Shown piece after piece: positions 55,404 to 64,000 of a DNA stretch of 64,000 bases. Below the pieces are notes generated by a model. That model searched no databases. It was given only the letters and a program-made list of their open reading frames with translations, and had not been told where the DNA came from. Made by a program: the position numbers and the translations under genes. The stretch is from an uncultured bacterium (GTDB taxonomy: Bacteria > Actinomycetota > Acidimicrobiia > Spongiisociales > UBA5794): assembly GCA_963801165.1 (NCBI GenBank), contig CAWDDT010000003.1, positions 128,001 through 192,000 of the forward strand, given 5' to 3'. The first letter of the stretch is position 1; every line of letters begins with the position of its first letter.

Positions 55404-56918
55404 ATGGCGAAGCGGCTGAAGTACCTGGTCGGAGGCGAGTGGAAGGACACCACGAGTGGGTCCTACTACGAGATAACCAACTCCAGTACCGGGGAGGTGA
55501 TGGCCGAGGCGCCGCGCTGCACCCCTGAAGAGGTGGATGCGGCTGTCGAAGCAGCCGACGCCGCGTTCCCTGCCTGGCGCGACACGCCTGTCACCAAGCG
55601 TGTGCAGGTGATGTTCAAGTTGAAGGCCCTGCTCGAAGACAAGCTCCACGACCTCGCCATGCTGCTGGCAACGGAGATGGGCAAGACCTACAACGAGGCG
55701 CGGGGCGATGTCCTCAAGGCCATCGAGGTTGTCGAGCTCGCCTGTGCCGTTCCAGTCAGCATGCAGGGTCACAGCTTGATGAATGTCTCCGAGGGCTACG
55801 ACACCGTTACCTTCCGCGAGCCGCTGGGTGTATTCGCCGGCATCGTGCCGTGGAATTTCCCGGCGATGATCCCGATGGGTTGGATGACCCCGCTGGCCAT
55901 CACCACCGGCAACACTTTCGTGCTCAAGGCAGCCTCGTTTGTCCCCCAGACGGCTATTGCCATTGCGGAACTATTCGAGCAGGCAGGATTGCCCCCGGGC
56001 GTCTTCAACCTGGTCACCTGTTCCCGCGACGAGGCCGAGCGGCTTCTCGTACATCCCAAAGTGCGTGGCGTCAGCTTCGTCGGATCGACCGAGGTCGGGC
56101 GTCATATCTACGCGACCGCGGCCGCAAACGGCAAGCGGGTGCAGGCGCTCACCGAAGCCAAGAACCACGCCCTGGTCCTGAGAGACGCCCCGATCAGGGC
56201 GACCGCGCAGCGGATCATCAACTCGTCGTTCGGCTGCGCCGGGGAGAGGTGCATGGCGCTTCCGGTGATTGCGGTCGAGGAGGAGATCGCCGACGAGCTG
56301 GTCGCCACGATCGCCGAGCTCGCCAAAGAGCGGAAGATCGGCCCCGCGTACGAGAAGGACATCGACATGGGCCCGCTGGTCAACGAGGGGCACCGCGAGT
56401 TCGTCCTGAACTGGATCGACAAGTCGGTCGCCGAAGGCGCCAAGCTCGTGCTCGACGGCAGGAACCTGAAGGTAGAGGGGTTCGAGAACGGCTTCTTCGT
56501 TGGCCCGACCGTGTTCGACTTCGTCACACCGGAGATGGACTGCGGCAACCGCGAGGTATTTGGCCCGGTTCTCTACGTCAAGAGAGTGAAGAGCTTCGAC
56601 GAGGGCGTTGAACTGATCAATTCGAGCGACTTTGCCAACGGCGCGTCGATCTTCACCAGGAGCGGTTACCACGCCAGGGAGTTCGCCCGCCGGATCGACG
56701 CCGGCATGGTCGGGGTGAACGTCGGGATCCCGGTGCCGATCTCGGTGTTCCCGTTCACGGGGCACAAGAACAGCTTCTTCGGTGACCTGCACGTGATGGG
56801 TCGCGACGGCATCATGTTCTACACCGAGACCAAAGCGGTCACCAGCTACTGGTTTGACGAAGCAGCGCTCGAGGGTGACAAGGTCGGTACATGGGAGGGG
56901 ACCATTACCCGGAGCTAG
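55404..56918 (+). CDS. mmsA: CoA-acylating (methyl)malonate-semialdehyde dehydrogenase (MmsA/IolA)
   Basis: PWNFPAMIP, SFVGST, AKNH, GCAGERCMA, EVFGPV, VGVNVGIPVP, SFFGDLH. Confidence 0.92.
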   Translation: MAKRLKYLVGGEWKDTTSGSYYEITNSSTGEVMAEAPRCTPEEVDAAVEAADAAFPAWRDTPVTKRVQVMFKLKALLEDKLHDLAMLLATEMGKTYNEARGDVLKAIEVVELACAVPVSMQGHSLMNVSEGYDTVTFREPLGVFAGIVPWNFPAMIPMGWMTPLAITTGNTFVLKAASFVPQTAIAIAELFEQAGLPPGVFNLVTCSRDEAERLLVHPKVRGVSFVGSTEVGRHIYATAAANGKRVQALTEAKNHALVLRDAPIRATAQRIINSSFGCAGERCMALPVIAVEEEIADELVATIAELAKERKIGPAYEKDIDMGPLVNEGHREFVLNWIDKSVAEGAKLVLDGRNLKVEGFENGFFVGPTVFDFVTPEMDCGNREVFGPVLYVKRVKSFDEGVELINSSDFANGASIFTRSGYHAREFARRIDAGMVGVNVGIPVPISVFPFTGHKNSFFGDLHVMGRDGIMFYTETKAVTSYWFDEAALEGDKVGTWEGTITRS

Positions 56919-57011
56919 ATTCCCTGAAACGGCCGGCCGGTCACAAGCCACGGATCCTCCTCCCCGTGGTCCAGATTCCGGACTCACCTCCCCGGGATCT
57001 TCTGTTTGCCT

Positions 57012-57033
57012 GGCGGCGATCCGCCGCCTTGTT
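57012..57033 (+). terminator. Possible intrinsic terminator
   Basis: GGCGGCG-ATC-CGCCGCC followed by TTGTT. Confidence 0.4.
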
Positions 57034-57139
57034 CCGGTTGCCTTCTTCGAATTCGGTACAGCCGTCGTCTAGCAGAAGAGGTCGAATAGATCCGCCCAGA
57101 TGGGCACGGCTGGAGCTCAGCGGTCGTTGGTTGGTCTAA

Positions 57140-57544
57140 TCAGGCCTGGGCTGCGAGCTCGAGCAGATGCCGCATCGTGCGGATCACTCGTTCCGCTTCG
57201 GTCACAGTCGGGTCGGTCTGCTCGTACTGTGCTTTGTTCTTCGCCGACAGCAATATCGCCAGATCTCTCCGTGCGCTTGTCCCGAGATCGCCAGCCTGAT
57301 CGAGCAGGTCCAGGGCTTGTTGGTGTTCGTTGCTGGCGGCGTGACGTCCCAGGCGTCGACAACAAATCGTGTCAGCCGCCGCGATGCCCGCCAGCACAGC
57401 ATTGCTCACCGCCGCCGATCTCGTCGGACCATCTGACGAGAAGGGATCCAGCTCGGCGAGTTCGGCGAAGGCCTTCGCCTGGTGATGCCTCTGCGCCCCA
57501 TCTTGCGGATTGCAGCGCCTGGTACGGGATGTCTTCTTGGCCAT
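57140..57544 (-). CDS. HEPN-like protein (partner of a minimal nucleotidyltransferase)
   Basis: AVLAGIAAADTICC...H...LLSAKNKAQY; all-helical, downstream of an MNT gene. Confidence 0.7.
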   Translation of the reverse strand: MAKKTSRTRRCNPQDGAQRHHQAKAFAELAELDPFSSDGPTRSAAVSNAVLAGIAAADTICCRRLGRHAASNEHQQALDLLDQAGDLGTSARRDLAILLSAKNKAQYEQTDPTVTEAERVIRTMRHLLELAAQA

Positions 57545-58146
57545 CAACCGGTGCCCGCAGCTAGGAGATCGATCCCGTCCGCTTCGATGCCGGCGAATAG
57601 GCTCGGGGAGGTTTCCGGGAGACCGTCGAATTCACTCGTGGTGTAGTGGAGCAGGTTGCACTCGTTGCCTGTTAGCCGGTGGACACGTGGGGCAATGTCT
57701 TGTTCGTGTGTATGGGACGGTGTTTCGTCATCCAGACGAGCAGATGTCGATGTCACTCTCCTCGTTGGCAGAACCCGTCGCTAGCGATCCAAAGAGTATT
57801 GCCCGCTGCACTGGCGGAGCTTCCTCCACAACGATTTTTGCGATCCTTTGCAGCAGTTCGCCCCTTAGGTTCACGATCTGAAGTATGAACGGTGCCAGCA
57901 TGTGCTCTCTGTTCAGGGTGTCAGCACCGCGTTGCCTGCTGTGACCTGAGTGACCAGGCCGTGAGCCGCCAATTCGTCGAGTGCGTTCTGCACGCCTTGT
58001 TGACTGGCCCCTCGGTGGCCAAGCCGCAAAACCTCGCGCCCGGACAACGGCTCCTGGCAGTCCGTCCTCGGCCAGTTCGGCCCTAGCAGCAGACTCAGCG
58101 AGAATCGGAATGAACCGAGTTCGGTGGCTGTCGGCGTCAGGTTCAT
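57544..58146 (-). pseudogene. wHTH-minimal nucleotidyltransferase (MNT) gene with two frameshifts
   Basis: PLSGREV...LDELAAHGLV / LNREHMLAP...LFGSLATGSANEESDIDI / RLTGN in three frames (breaks ~57918 and ~57740). Confidence 0.78.
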
Positions 58147-58206
58147 AGCCAACCGGCATAATGTCCAGATTGACAACGTGCAGTACTTCATTTGCCAATG
58201 AAACGT

Positions 58207-59181
58207 TCAGCCAACCAGCTTCTTCACTGCTTCGACCACACGCTCGACCGAAGGGATTGCCAGGTCCTCCAGACCGCCCTCCGCCGGCAGCGGGATATGC
58301 GGTGTCGTCACCCGCACGATCGGGCTATCGAGATCCCAGAATGCTTCCTCGGCCACCAGTGACGAGATCTCGGCGCCCCAGCCGAGAAGGCGTGGGTTCT
58401 CCTCGACCGTCACGAGGCGTGACGTGTTCGCCACCGATTCCAGGATGGTCCTGGTGTCGAGCGGTACCAGCGAACGGAGGTCGATCACCTCGGCGGAGAT
58501 GCCCAGCTGCTCGAGTTCTGTGGCGGCTCCCATCGCTTTGTCGACCATGGCGGCGAGGGCGACGATCGTCACGTCCGAGCCGGATCGAAGCGTCTTCGCC
58601 GTGCCGAGCGTGTCGACGATCTCTCCATCGGGCACCTCGCTCTTGCCGGCGAACAGTGCCTTGTGCTCGAACACGATGACCGGGTCGGGATCGCGGATCG
58701 CCGCCGCCAGCAAGCCGACAACGTCGGCTGAGTTCGACGGTGCAACGACCTTGAGGCCGGGGACCGCCATTGCCCAGTTCTCCAGGCTCTGAGAGTGCTG
58801 GCCGCCAAAGCGAGCCCCGCCACCGTTTGCGGTGCGGATCACCAGCGGCAGACTCATCTGCCCTCCGGTCATGTAGCGGGTCTTGGCGATCTGGTTGGTG
58901 ACGATGTCCCAGCACGTGGCCAGAAAGTCGCTGAACATGAGCTCGCCGATTGGGATCAACCCGTTCATGGCGGCACCCATGATCATGCCGGTGATGGCCT
59001 CCTCCGAGATCGGCGTGTCCCGTACTCGTTGCGGCCCGAAACGCTCGTATAGACCGACGGTGGTCTTGAAGACACCGCCGGCCTTGGCGACGTCTTCACC
59101 GATCAGCACGACTCGCTCGTCGCGCTCCATCTCCTGGGCGAGGCCCCTGGCGACTGAGTCGCGGTAGCTCAGTTCCGCCAT
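58207..59181 (-). CDS. ThDP-dependent 2-oxoacid/acetoin dehydrogenase E1 beta-like subunit
   Basis: IGEDV...GGVF, DTPISE, GGQHSQ, FEHKAL, EVIDLRSLVPLD. Confidence 0.94.
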   Translation of the reverse strand: MAELSYRDSVARGLAQEMERDERVVLIGEDVAKAGGVFKTTVGLYERFGPQRVRDTPISEEAITGMIMGAAMNGLIPIGELMFSDFLATCWDIVTNQIAKTRYMTGGQMSLPLVIRTANGGGARFGGQHSQSLENWAMAVPGLKVVAPSNSADVVGLLAAAIRDPDPVIVFEHKALFAGKSEVPDGEIVDTLGTAKTLRSGSDVTIVALAAMVDKAMGAATELEQLGISAEVIDLRSLVPLDTRTILESVANTSRLVTVEENPRLLGWGAEISSLVAEEAFWDLDSPIVRVTTPHIPLPAEGGLEDLAIPSVERVVEAVKKLVG

Positions 59182-60152
59182 GATGAACCTCCGTCTGCCC
59201 ACACATCAGTCATGAGAATCGCCGGGTCGGGTGGGGGAGCGCTCTTGCAGACTTCTGTCGCCTCGTCGACCTCCGCCAGCGCGGCGGTATCGATGGCGTC
59301 CAGCTCATCCGCAGGTACTCCGAGCTGTGCCAGTCGATCCCGATAGATCTTGATGGGATCCCGGTCGAGCCACTCCTGGACTTCCTCGTCGGGGCGGTAT
59401 TTGCCCGGGTCGGCGCGGGAATGACCCTTGTGCCGGTAGGTGAGCGCTTCGATCAGTGAAGGGCCTTCACCACGCCTGGCACGCTCGAATGCGGTGACGG
59501 CAACCTCATAGACGGCATCGGCATCATTGCCGTCGACGATGATCCGCTCCAGACCGTAGGCCGAGGCACGATCTGCTGCCGGGTGCTCGACCGCGATCAC
59601 GTCGCCGATCGGCGTGTACTCCATGTAGAGATTGTTCTCGCACACGAAGACCACCGGCAGATTCCAGACTGCGGCGATGTTGAGCGCTTCGTGGAACGCC
59701 CCGATGTTGGTTGTGCCGTCGCCGAAGAAACAGGCCGTCACCTGATCGGTACCGCGCAGTTGCGCCGCCCACGCAGACCCGGCCGCAACCGGGAGATGGG
59801 CACCGACTATTGCGTATGAGCCCATGGCACCCTTGGATACGTCTGTCAGGTGCATCGATCCGCCCTTGCCGGCGCAGATTCCGTTTGCCCGGCCCATCAA
59901 CTCGCCCATTATCGGGCCCATCGGCGCACCTCGAAGCAGGGTGTGGTTATGACCTCGATAGGTGCAATAGGTCATGTCCCCGGGGCGCATCGCAGTCGCA
60001 AAACCAGCGGCGACGGCCTCCTGGCCCAGGCCGAGGTGTGTGGTTCCTTTGACCAAACCCTGCATGAAAAGGTCGTAGGCACGTTGCTCGAAGTAGCGGG
60101 CGCGGACCATCCCCTCATACAGGGCCAGTCGGGTGTCACGTGGTATCTCCAT
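59169..60152 (-). CDS. ThDP-dependent E1 alpha-like subunit (AcoA/PdhA family)
   Basis: HLGLGQEA, TYRGH, GKGGSMH, GDG...ENN ThDP motif, TYRHKGHS. Confidence 0.94.
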   Translation of the reverse strand: MEIPRDTRLALYEGMVRARYFEQRAYDLFMQGLVKGTTHLGLGQEAVAAGFATAMRPGDMTYCTYRGHNHTLLRGAPMGPIMGELMGRANGICAGKGGSMHLTDVSKGAMGSYAIVGAHLPVAAGSAWAAQLRGTDQVTACFFGDGTTNIGAFHEALNIAAVWNLPVVFVCENNLYMEYTPIGDVIAVEHPAADRASAYGLERIIVDGNDADAVYEVAVTAFERARRGEGPSLIEALTYRHKGHSRADPGKYRPDEEVQEWLDRDPIKIYRDRLAQLGVPADELDAIDTAALAEVDEATEVCKSAPPPDPAILMTDVWADGGSSWRN

Positions 60153-60289
60153 ATATCAGAGCCTCCTGGCTGTGGTGTTGCAGACGTATCCGGGGTCTCG
60201 GTGTCCGCCGTCTCGGGATCCGGTGGCGTGGTTCCGGTACGAGCCGCGGGGAAGGGGCGGTGGGGCGCCCTTATCACGTGGATTTCGGG

Positions 60290-60341
60290 TTGACGACTGC
60301 ATGGCCGAGTCCGTATCCTCAAGTAATCGATTATCGAAGAT
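60290..60341. promoter_or_regulatory. Promoter plus shared regulon operator, copy 3
   Basis: TTGACG(60290)-N18-TATCCT(60314), then TAATCGATTATCGAAGAT 60324-60341, between divergent E1 alpha and UPF0261 genes. Confidence 0.8.
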
Positions 60342-60517
60342 AGAGTATTTTGTCCGAGAATGCACGCCGATCCGGCGTGATTCGATCAGAGGGACGACGA
60401 TTGGCTGGGTGGCGATTGGATGGGGTAGGTAGCACCGCTGTGATTTCCCGTTGGCGGGGTGACGCCGGGTGCCGCGCGCCGCTACCGGGGTTACACCCGG
60501 GTCGGGGGTTCTGACCA

Positions 60518-61798
60518 ATGGCAACGGTTGCTCTCCTGGGAACGCTCGATACCAAGGGTGAAGAATACGCCTACATGCGCGCCCGCGTTGAGCAAGCCGG
60601 GTCTGCGGTGCTCATGATCAACGCCGGGGTCATGGCCGATCCCGACTACCGCGTCGATTTCACGAGAGCAGACGTCGCCGCCGCGGCGGGATCCGACCTG
60701 GGAGAGCTGACGGCTGCGGACCGGGGCCGGGCCGTCGCCATCCAGGCGAGAGGGGCAGCGGCGATCGTCAGGGAGTTGTTCGTCGCCGACCGTGTCCAGG
60801 GCCTCCTCGGCATGGGCGGTTCCGGGGGATCCTCGATCGTCAGCACTGCGATGCGTCAGTTGCCAATCGGTGTGCCGAAGCTGCTCGTATCCACCATGGC
60901 CTCGGGCGATACCTCTCCCTATGTGGACATCTCGGACGTCACCATGATGTACCCGGTGGTGGATCTCGCCGGCATCAACCAGCTGTCGGCGCGGATCCTG
61001 GCGAACGCGGCGGCCGCCATCTCCGGTATGGCACGTGGTTACGAGGCCTACCACCGCCCCGACAGTGGGCGCCCGCTCGTCGGGGCAACGATGTACGGCA
61101 CGACCACCACGTGTGTAGATGCTGCCCGCGAGTGGCTCGAAGAGCACGGCTACGAGGTGCTGGTGTTCCACGCCACCGGTCCCGGTGGCAGATCGATGGA
61201 GGCTCTCATGGAGAGCGGCCACATCACCGCAGCACTCGATGTCACGACGGCCGAGCTGATGGGTGAGATCGCCGGCGGCACGATGACGGCAGGACCGGAT
61301 CGGCTCGAGACGGCGGGCAAGCTCGGGCTCCCGCAGGTCGTCGCACCCGGCGGCACGGATCAGATCGCCTTCCGCCCTCCGAGCGCGGTCCCCGCCGACT
61401 TTCGGGAGCGCCACTCGTATGAGCACAATCACGCCATCACCCTCGTCCGTAGCAACGCGGAGGAGATGGCGAGCTTCGGTCGTCTGTTCGCCGGGAAGCT
61501 GAACCGGGCGACCGGACCGGTAGCGGTGTTCGTCCCGTTGCGCGGTTTCTCGGAGTACGACGCCCCTGGTGGGGTCTTTTGCGATCCCGTCGCAGACCAA
61601 GCCTTGATCGAAGCATTGCGCAACCATCTCGACCGCAAGGTGGAGCGGATCGAGATGGATACCCACATAAATGATCCCGAGTTTGCCGTGGCGATGGCTA
61701 GGAAACTGGACGAGCTGTACCACAGTTGGGGCCCGATACCGGGCGATCGGGCGCGTGGCGATATGGTAAGTCGGCCCAAGGAGGTTTCAGATGTTTGA
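60518..61798 (+). CDS. UPF0261/Tm-1-like protein
   Basis: LLGTLDTKGEE, GGSGGS, LPIGVPKLLVSTMASG, VDLAGIN, VFHATGPGG, HINDPEFA. Confidence 0.92.
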   Translation: MATVALLGTLDTKGEEYAYMRARVEQAGSAVLMINAGVMADPDYRVDFTRADVAAAAGSDLGELTAADRGRAVAIQARGAAAIVRELFVADRVQGLLGMGGSGGSSIVSTAMRQLPIGVPKLLVSTMASGDTSPYVDISDVTMMYPVVDLAGINQLSARILANAAAAISGMARGYEAYHRPDSGRPLVGATMYGTTTTCVDAAREWLEEHGYEVLVFHATGPGGRSMEALMESGHITAALDVTTAELMGEIAGGTMTAGPDRLETAGKLGLPQVVAPGGTDQIAFRPPSAVPADFRERHSYEHNHAITLVRSNAEEMASFGRLFAGKLNRATGPVAVFVPLRGFSEYDAPGGVFCDPVADQALIEALRNHLDRKVERIEMDTHINDPEFAVAMARKLDELYHSWGPIPGDRARGDMVSRPKEVSDV

Positions 61799-61809
61799 AG
61801 GGATCATCG

Positions 61810-62526
61810 ATGGCTGACAACACCGAGCGTCGTTCAGATCCGGTTGCCCGCAGCGTATTGAGCGAGCAGGTCAAGGACCGGATCCTGCAGTGGATTCTCG
61901 AGGGCGAGCTTGCCCCCGGTTCACGCATCATCGAAACCCGTGTCGCCCGTGAGCTCGGCGTCAGCCAGGCCCCGGTGCGCGAGGCGCTGCGCGACCTGAC
62001 GACGCTCGGCGTCGTCGAGATGCGACCGTACCGCGGGGCCAGCGTTCGCAAGCCGAGCAAGAGCGATCTCGTCGAAGCCATGGAGGTCCGCGGCGAGCTG
62101 GAGGCGCTGGCTGCCCGGCAAGCGGCGAGACGCATCAGCGCCAAAGAGATCGAGGAGCTGCGCACCCTGATCGACGGGATGCATGAGATGGCCGAGAAGG
62201 GCGACACTCACGGGCATGCGCAGCGGAACACAGCCTTTCACGCGACCGTAGTGAGGGCGGCAGGCAACAAGACGTTGACGCGTATCTGGTCGATGCTGGA
62301 GCCGTACGCCCGAACCTACGTCACCGCCATGGTGCCCGGTACCGATCTCGTCTGGCTCGGTGACCGGCACCTGGCGATCCTCGAGGCCCTGGTAGACCGC
62401 GACGAGGACCGTGCCGCCGAGACGATGAGAGCTCACGCCCGCGAGGCCGAGCAGCTCGTTCTGGCAATGGACGAGGCGGTGTTCGGCGATGCCGAGGAGG
62501 TGGCGTCGGTCGACGTTGGTAGGTGA
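61810..62526 (+). CDS. GntR-family (FCD) regulator
   Basis: GELAPGSRIIETRVARELGVSQAPVREAL; FCD NTAFH...H...H. Confidence 0.94.
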   Translation: MADNTERRSDPVARSVLSEQVKDRILQWILEGELAPGSRIIETRVARELGVSQAPVREALRDLTTLGVVEMRPYRGASVRKPSKSDLVEAMEVRGELEALAARQAARRISAKEIEELRTLIDGMHEMAEKGDTHGHAQRNTAFHATVVRAAGNKTLTRIWSMLEPYARTYVTAMVPGTDLVWLGDRHLAILEALVDRDEDRAAETMRAHAREAEQLVLAMDEAVFGDAEEVASVDVGR

Positions 62527-62626
62527 GAGTCGGTTCTCCTGGCGTGCGGTTGGTGTAGCGGGAGCTCCGGTACAGAGTTTCTAGCTAGCAAAACGGCTGC
62601 CAACGGCAGCATGAAAGGAGATATTG

Positions 62627-63508
62627 ATGTTGCAGCTCTCCGAGGAGTTCTCAGGAGGCACTGCCCGGTTGCGCTTCGACGTGCACGGATCCGAACCCCG
62701 TGCGCACGTTCTGGAGGACATGAACTTCCTCAACTACCGCCTGGCCTCCGTGACCATCGAGCCGGAGGTGACGCTTCCGGCGCCCGACATCGTTTGGCAT
62801 CAGGACGGTGAGAAGTCGATCTCATACGACGGTGCGCAGATGACATTCGTCGGCGATTGGGAACCCGGCCCGCTGCAGAAGGTCATCGTGACCGTTCTGG
62901 CCTTGAAGATGGAGGCCGAGGGTCTGCACCCGTTTCACTCCGCGGCCGTCAACTACAAAGGCAGGACCATCCTCTTCCTGGGCGGTGAATCCAACCACGG
63001 CAAGAGTATGGGACAGATCGAAGCGTGCCGCCGTGGAGGCCTGCTCGTCGCTACGGAGACCACCGTGATCAACGAGGACGGCGTGGCGGTGATGGGCTCT
63101 GAGGACGTGTTCCTGCGCAAGCGCGCCAAGGGGACCGAACGTGCTGACAAGGCATCCCCCAACAAGGGAGTTGAGAAGTTCTTCGGCACCATGCCGACGT
63201 GGGAGAGTTTCGAGGGCCCGACCCGCGTCGATACCGTGATCGTGCCTGCCATCGACGGCAACTACGAGCCGGCCACCACGGAGTTGGGGGCGTTCGAAGC
63301 CCAATTCCAGACCCTGCACAGCCTCCAGAACTACTTCCTTCTCAACGAGCTGCTGGCGCCGGGGCATGTGATGCCGATCGTTGATACGGAGGAGCTGCGG
63401 GCAAAGCGAGCCGACTTCGCTTTGCGTTTTCAGGGGCCGCGTCCGTACTACATGATCCGCGCCGCTGATCCGCAGGTATTGCTCGACGAGGTAGACAAGG
63501 TTCTCTGA
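62627..63508 (+). CDS. HprK/PEPCK-superfamily-like P-loop protein
   Basis: FHSAAV...ILFLGGESNHGKS variant Walker A; AAGGAG RBS. Confidence 0.6.
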   Translation: MLQLSEEFSGGTARLRFDVHGSEPRAHVLEDMNFLNYRLASVTIEPEVTLPAPDIVWHQDGEKSISYDGAQMTFVGDWEPGPLQKVIVTVLALKMEAEGLHPFHSAAVNYKGRTILFLGGESNHGKSMGQIEACRRGGLLVATETTVINEDGVAVMGSEDVFLRKRAKGTERADKASPNKGVEKFFGTMPTWESFEGPTRVDTVIVPAIDGNYEPATTELGAFEAQFQTLHSLQNYFLLNELLAPGHVMPIVDTEELRAKRADFALRFQGPRPYYMIRAADPQVLLDEVDKVL

Positions 63509-63518
63509 GAGGCGACGA

Positions 63519-64000
63519 ATGAATCAATTCGAGTACGCGCGGCCGGACACGGTTGAGGAGGCCGTCAGCCTGCTCAACGAATACGGTGCCGATGCCAAGA
63601 TCCTCGCGGGAGGAACGGACCTGGTCATCGAGTTGCGGAACCGCTGGTCCGAGCCGAAGGTGGTCATCGACGTCAAACGGATCCCGGAGTTCGCTCCGGC
63701 AATCACAGAGCACGACGGAGTGGTATCGATCAGCGCCGGCACGGTAATGGCGGATCTCACCGCCAGCGATCTCATCCAGACCCGCTTCCCGGCCTTAGCC
63801 GAAGCCGCGGTCGTGGTGGGTTCGGTGCAGATACGGGCTCGCGCCACCCTGGCCGGGAACATCTGCAACGGCTCGCCGGCCGCCGACACTTCACCGCCTC
63901 TGCTCGTGTACGACGCCGTGGTTGTTGTCGGCGGGCCAGCGGGGGTCCGCCGCATCCCGATCGACGATTTCATCGTCGGGCCCGGAAAGACCGCGCTCGA
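63519..64000 (+). CDS. Second molybdenum hydroxylase FAD subunit (partial, runs off the window)
   Basis: MNQFEYARP...ILAGGTDL...QIRARATLAGNICNGSPAAD. Confidence 0.9.
   Translation, partial: MNQFEYARPDTVEEAVSLLNEYGADAKILAGGTDLVIELRNRWSEPKVVIDVKRIPEFAPAITEHDGVVSISAGTVMADLTASDLIQTRFPALAEAAVVVGSVQIRARATLAGNICNGSPAADTSPPLLVYDAVVVVGGPAGVRRIPIDDFIVGPGKTAL

Noticed and set aside
54101-55453. Long antisense ORFs (also 14874-16052, 48007-49125, 50639-51757, 60491-61723)
   Set aside because: Shadow frames of real genes in high-GC DNA, with no motifs
37259-56918. Canonical myo-inositol (iol) operon
   Set aside because: No recognisable iolB, iolC or iolD

Overview
High-GC bacterial chromosomal window, most consistent with an Actinomycetota genome (Acidimicrobiia-like; inferred from Thr-rich lipoprotein linkers and gene families). 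It is dense with metabolic and transport genes. I saw no rRNA, tRNA, CRISPR array or intact transposase. In order: TetR, MDR oxidoreductase, lone dynamin-like GTPase, YaaA; a ~1.2 kb cluster of gene fragments; fluoride riboswitch-crcB-crcB-DUF190; a LacI-controlled L-fucose-type locus (fucI, FGGY kinase, fucU, CUT1 ABC, AKR, Zn-dehydrogenase) with no fucA; modABC; ArsR-SRPBCC; SLC13; YtrA-ABC; a membrane alpha/beta-hydrolase. From ~30.4 kb to the end is a large interrupted catabolic region: deoC, ROK kinase, ribose-type ABC, two Gfo/Idh/MocA, TIM-barrel isomerase, UroD-like, two molybdenum hydroxylase modules, a phenylphosphate-synthase-A-like phospho-His protein lacking its ATP-grasp domain, MMSA dehydrogenase, ThDP E1 alpha/beta without E2/E3, UPF0261/Tm-1-like, GntR and an HprK-like P-loop protein. 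The strongest unexplained signal is an 18-bp palindrome-cored motif (TRATCGATTATCGARGAT) at predicted promoters in three distant intergenic regions (37085, 53288, 60324; degenerate copy at ~49100), which would tie these genes into one putative regulon for an unknown substrate. Also notable: a 99-bp MITE-like element with a CTAG duplication at the stop codons of two convergent genes, and four short tandem arrays at gene junctions. All product calls come from motif recognition, not database searches.
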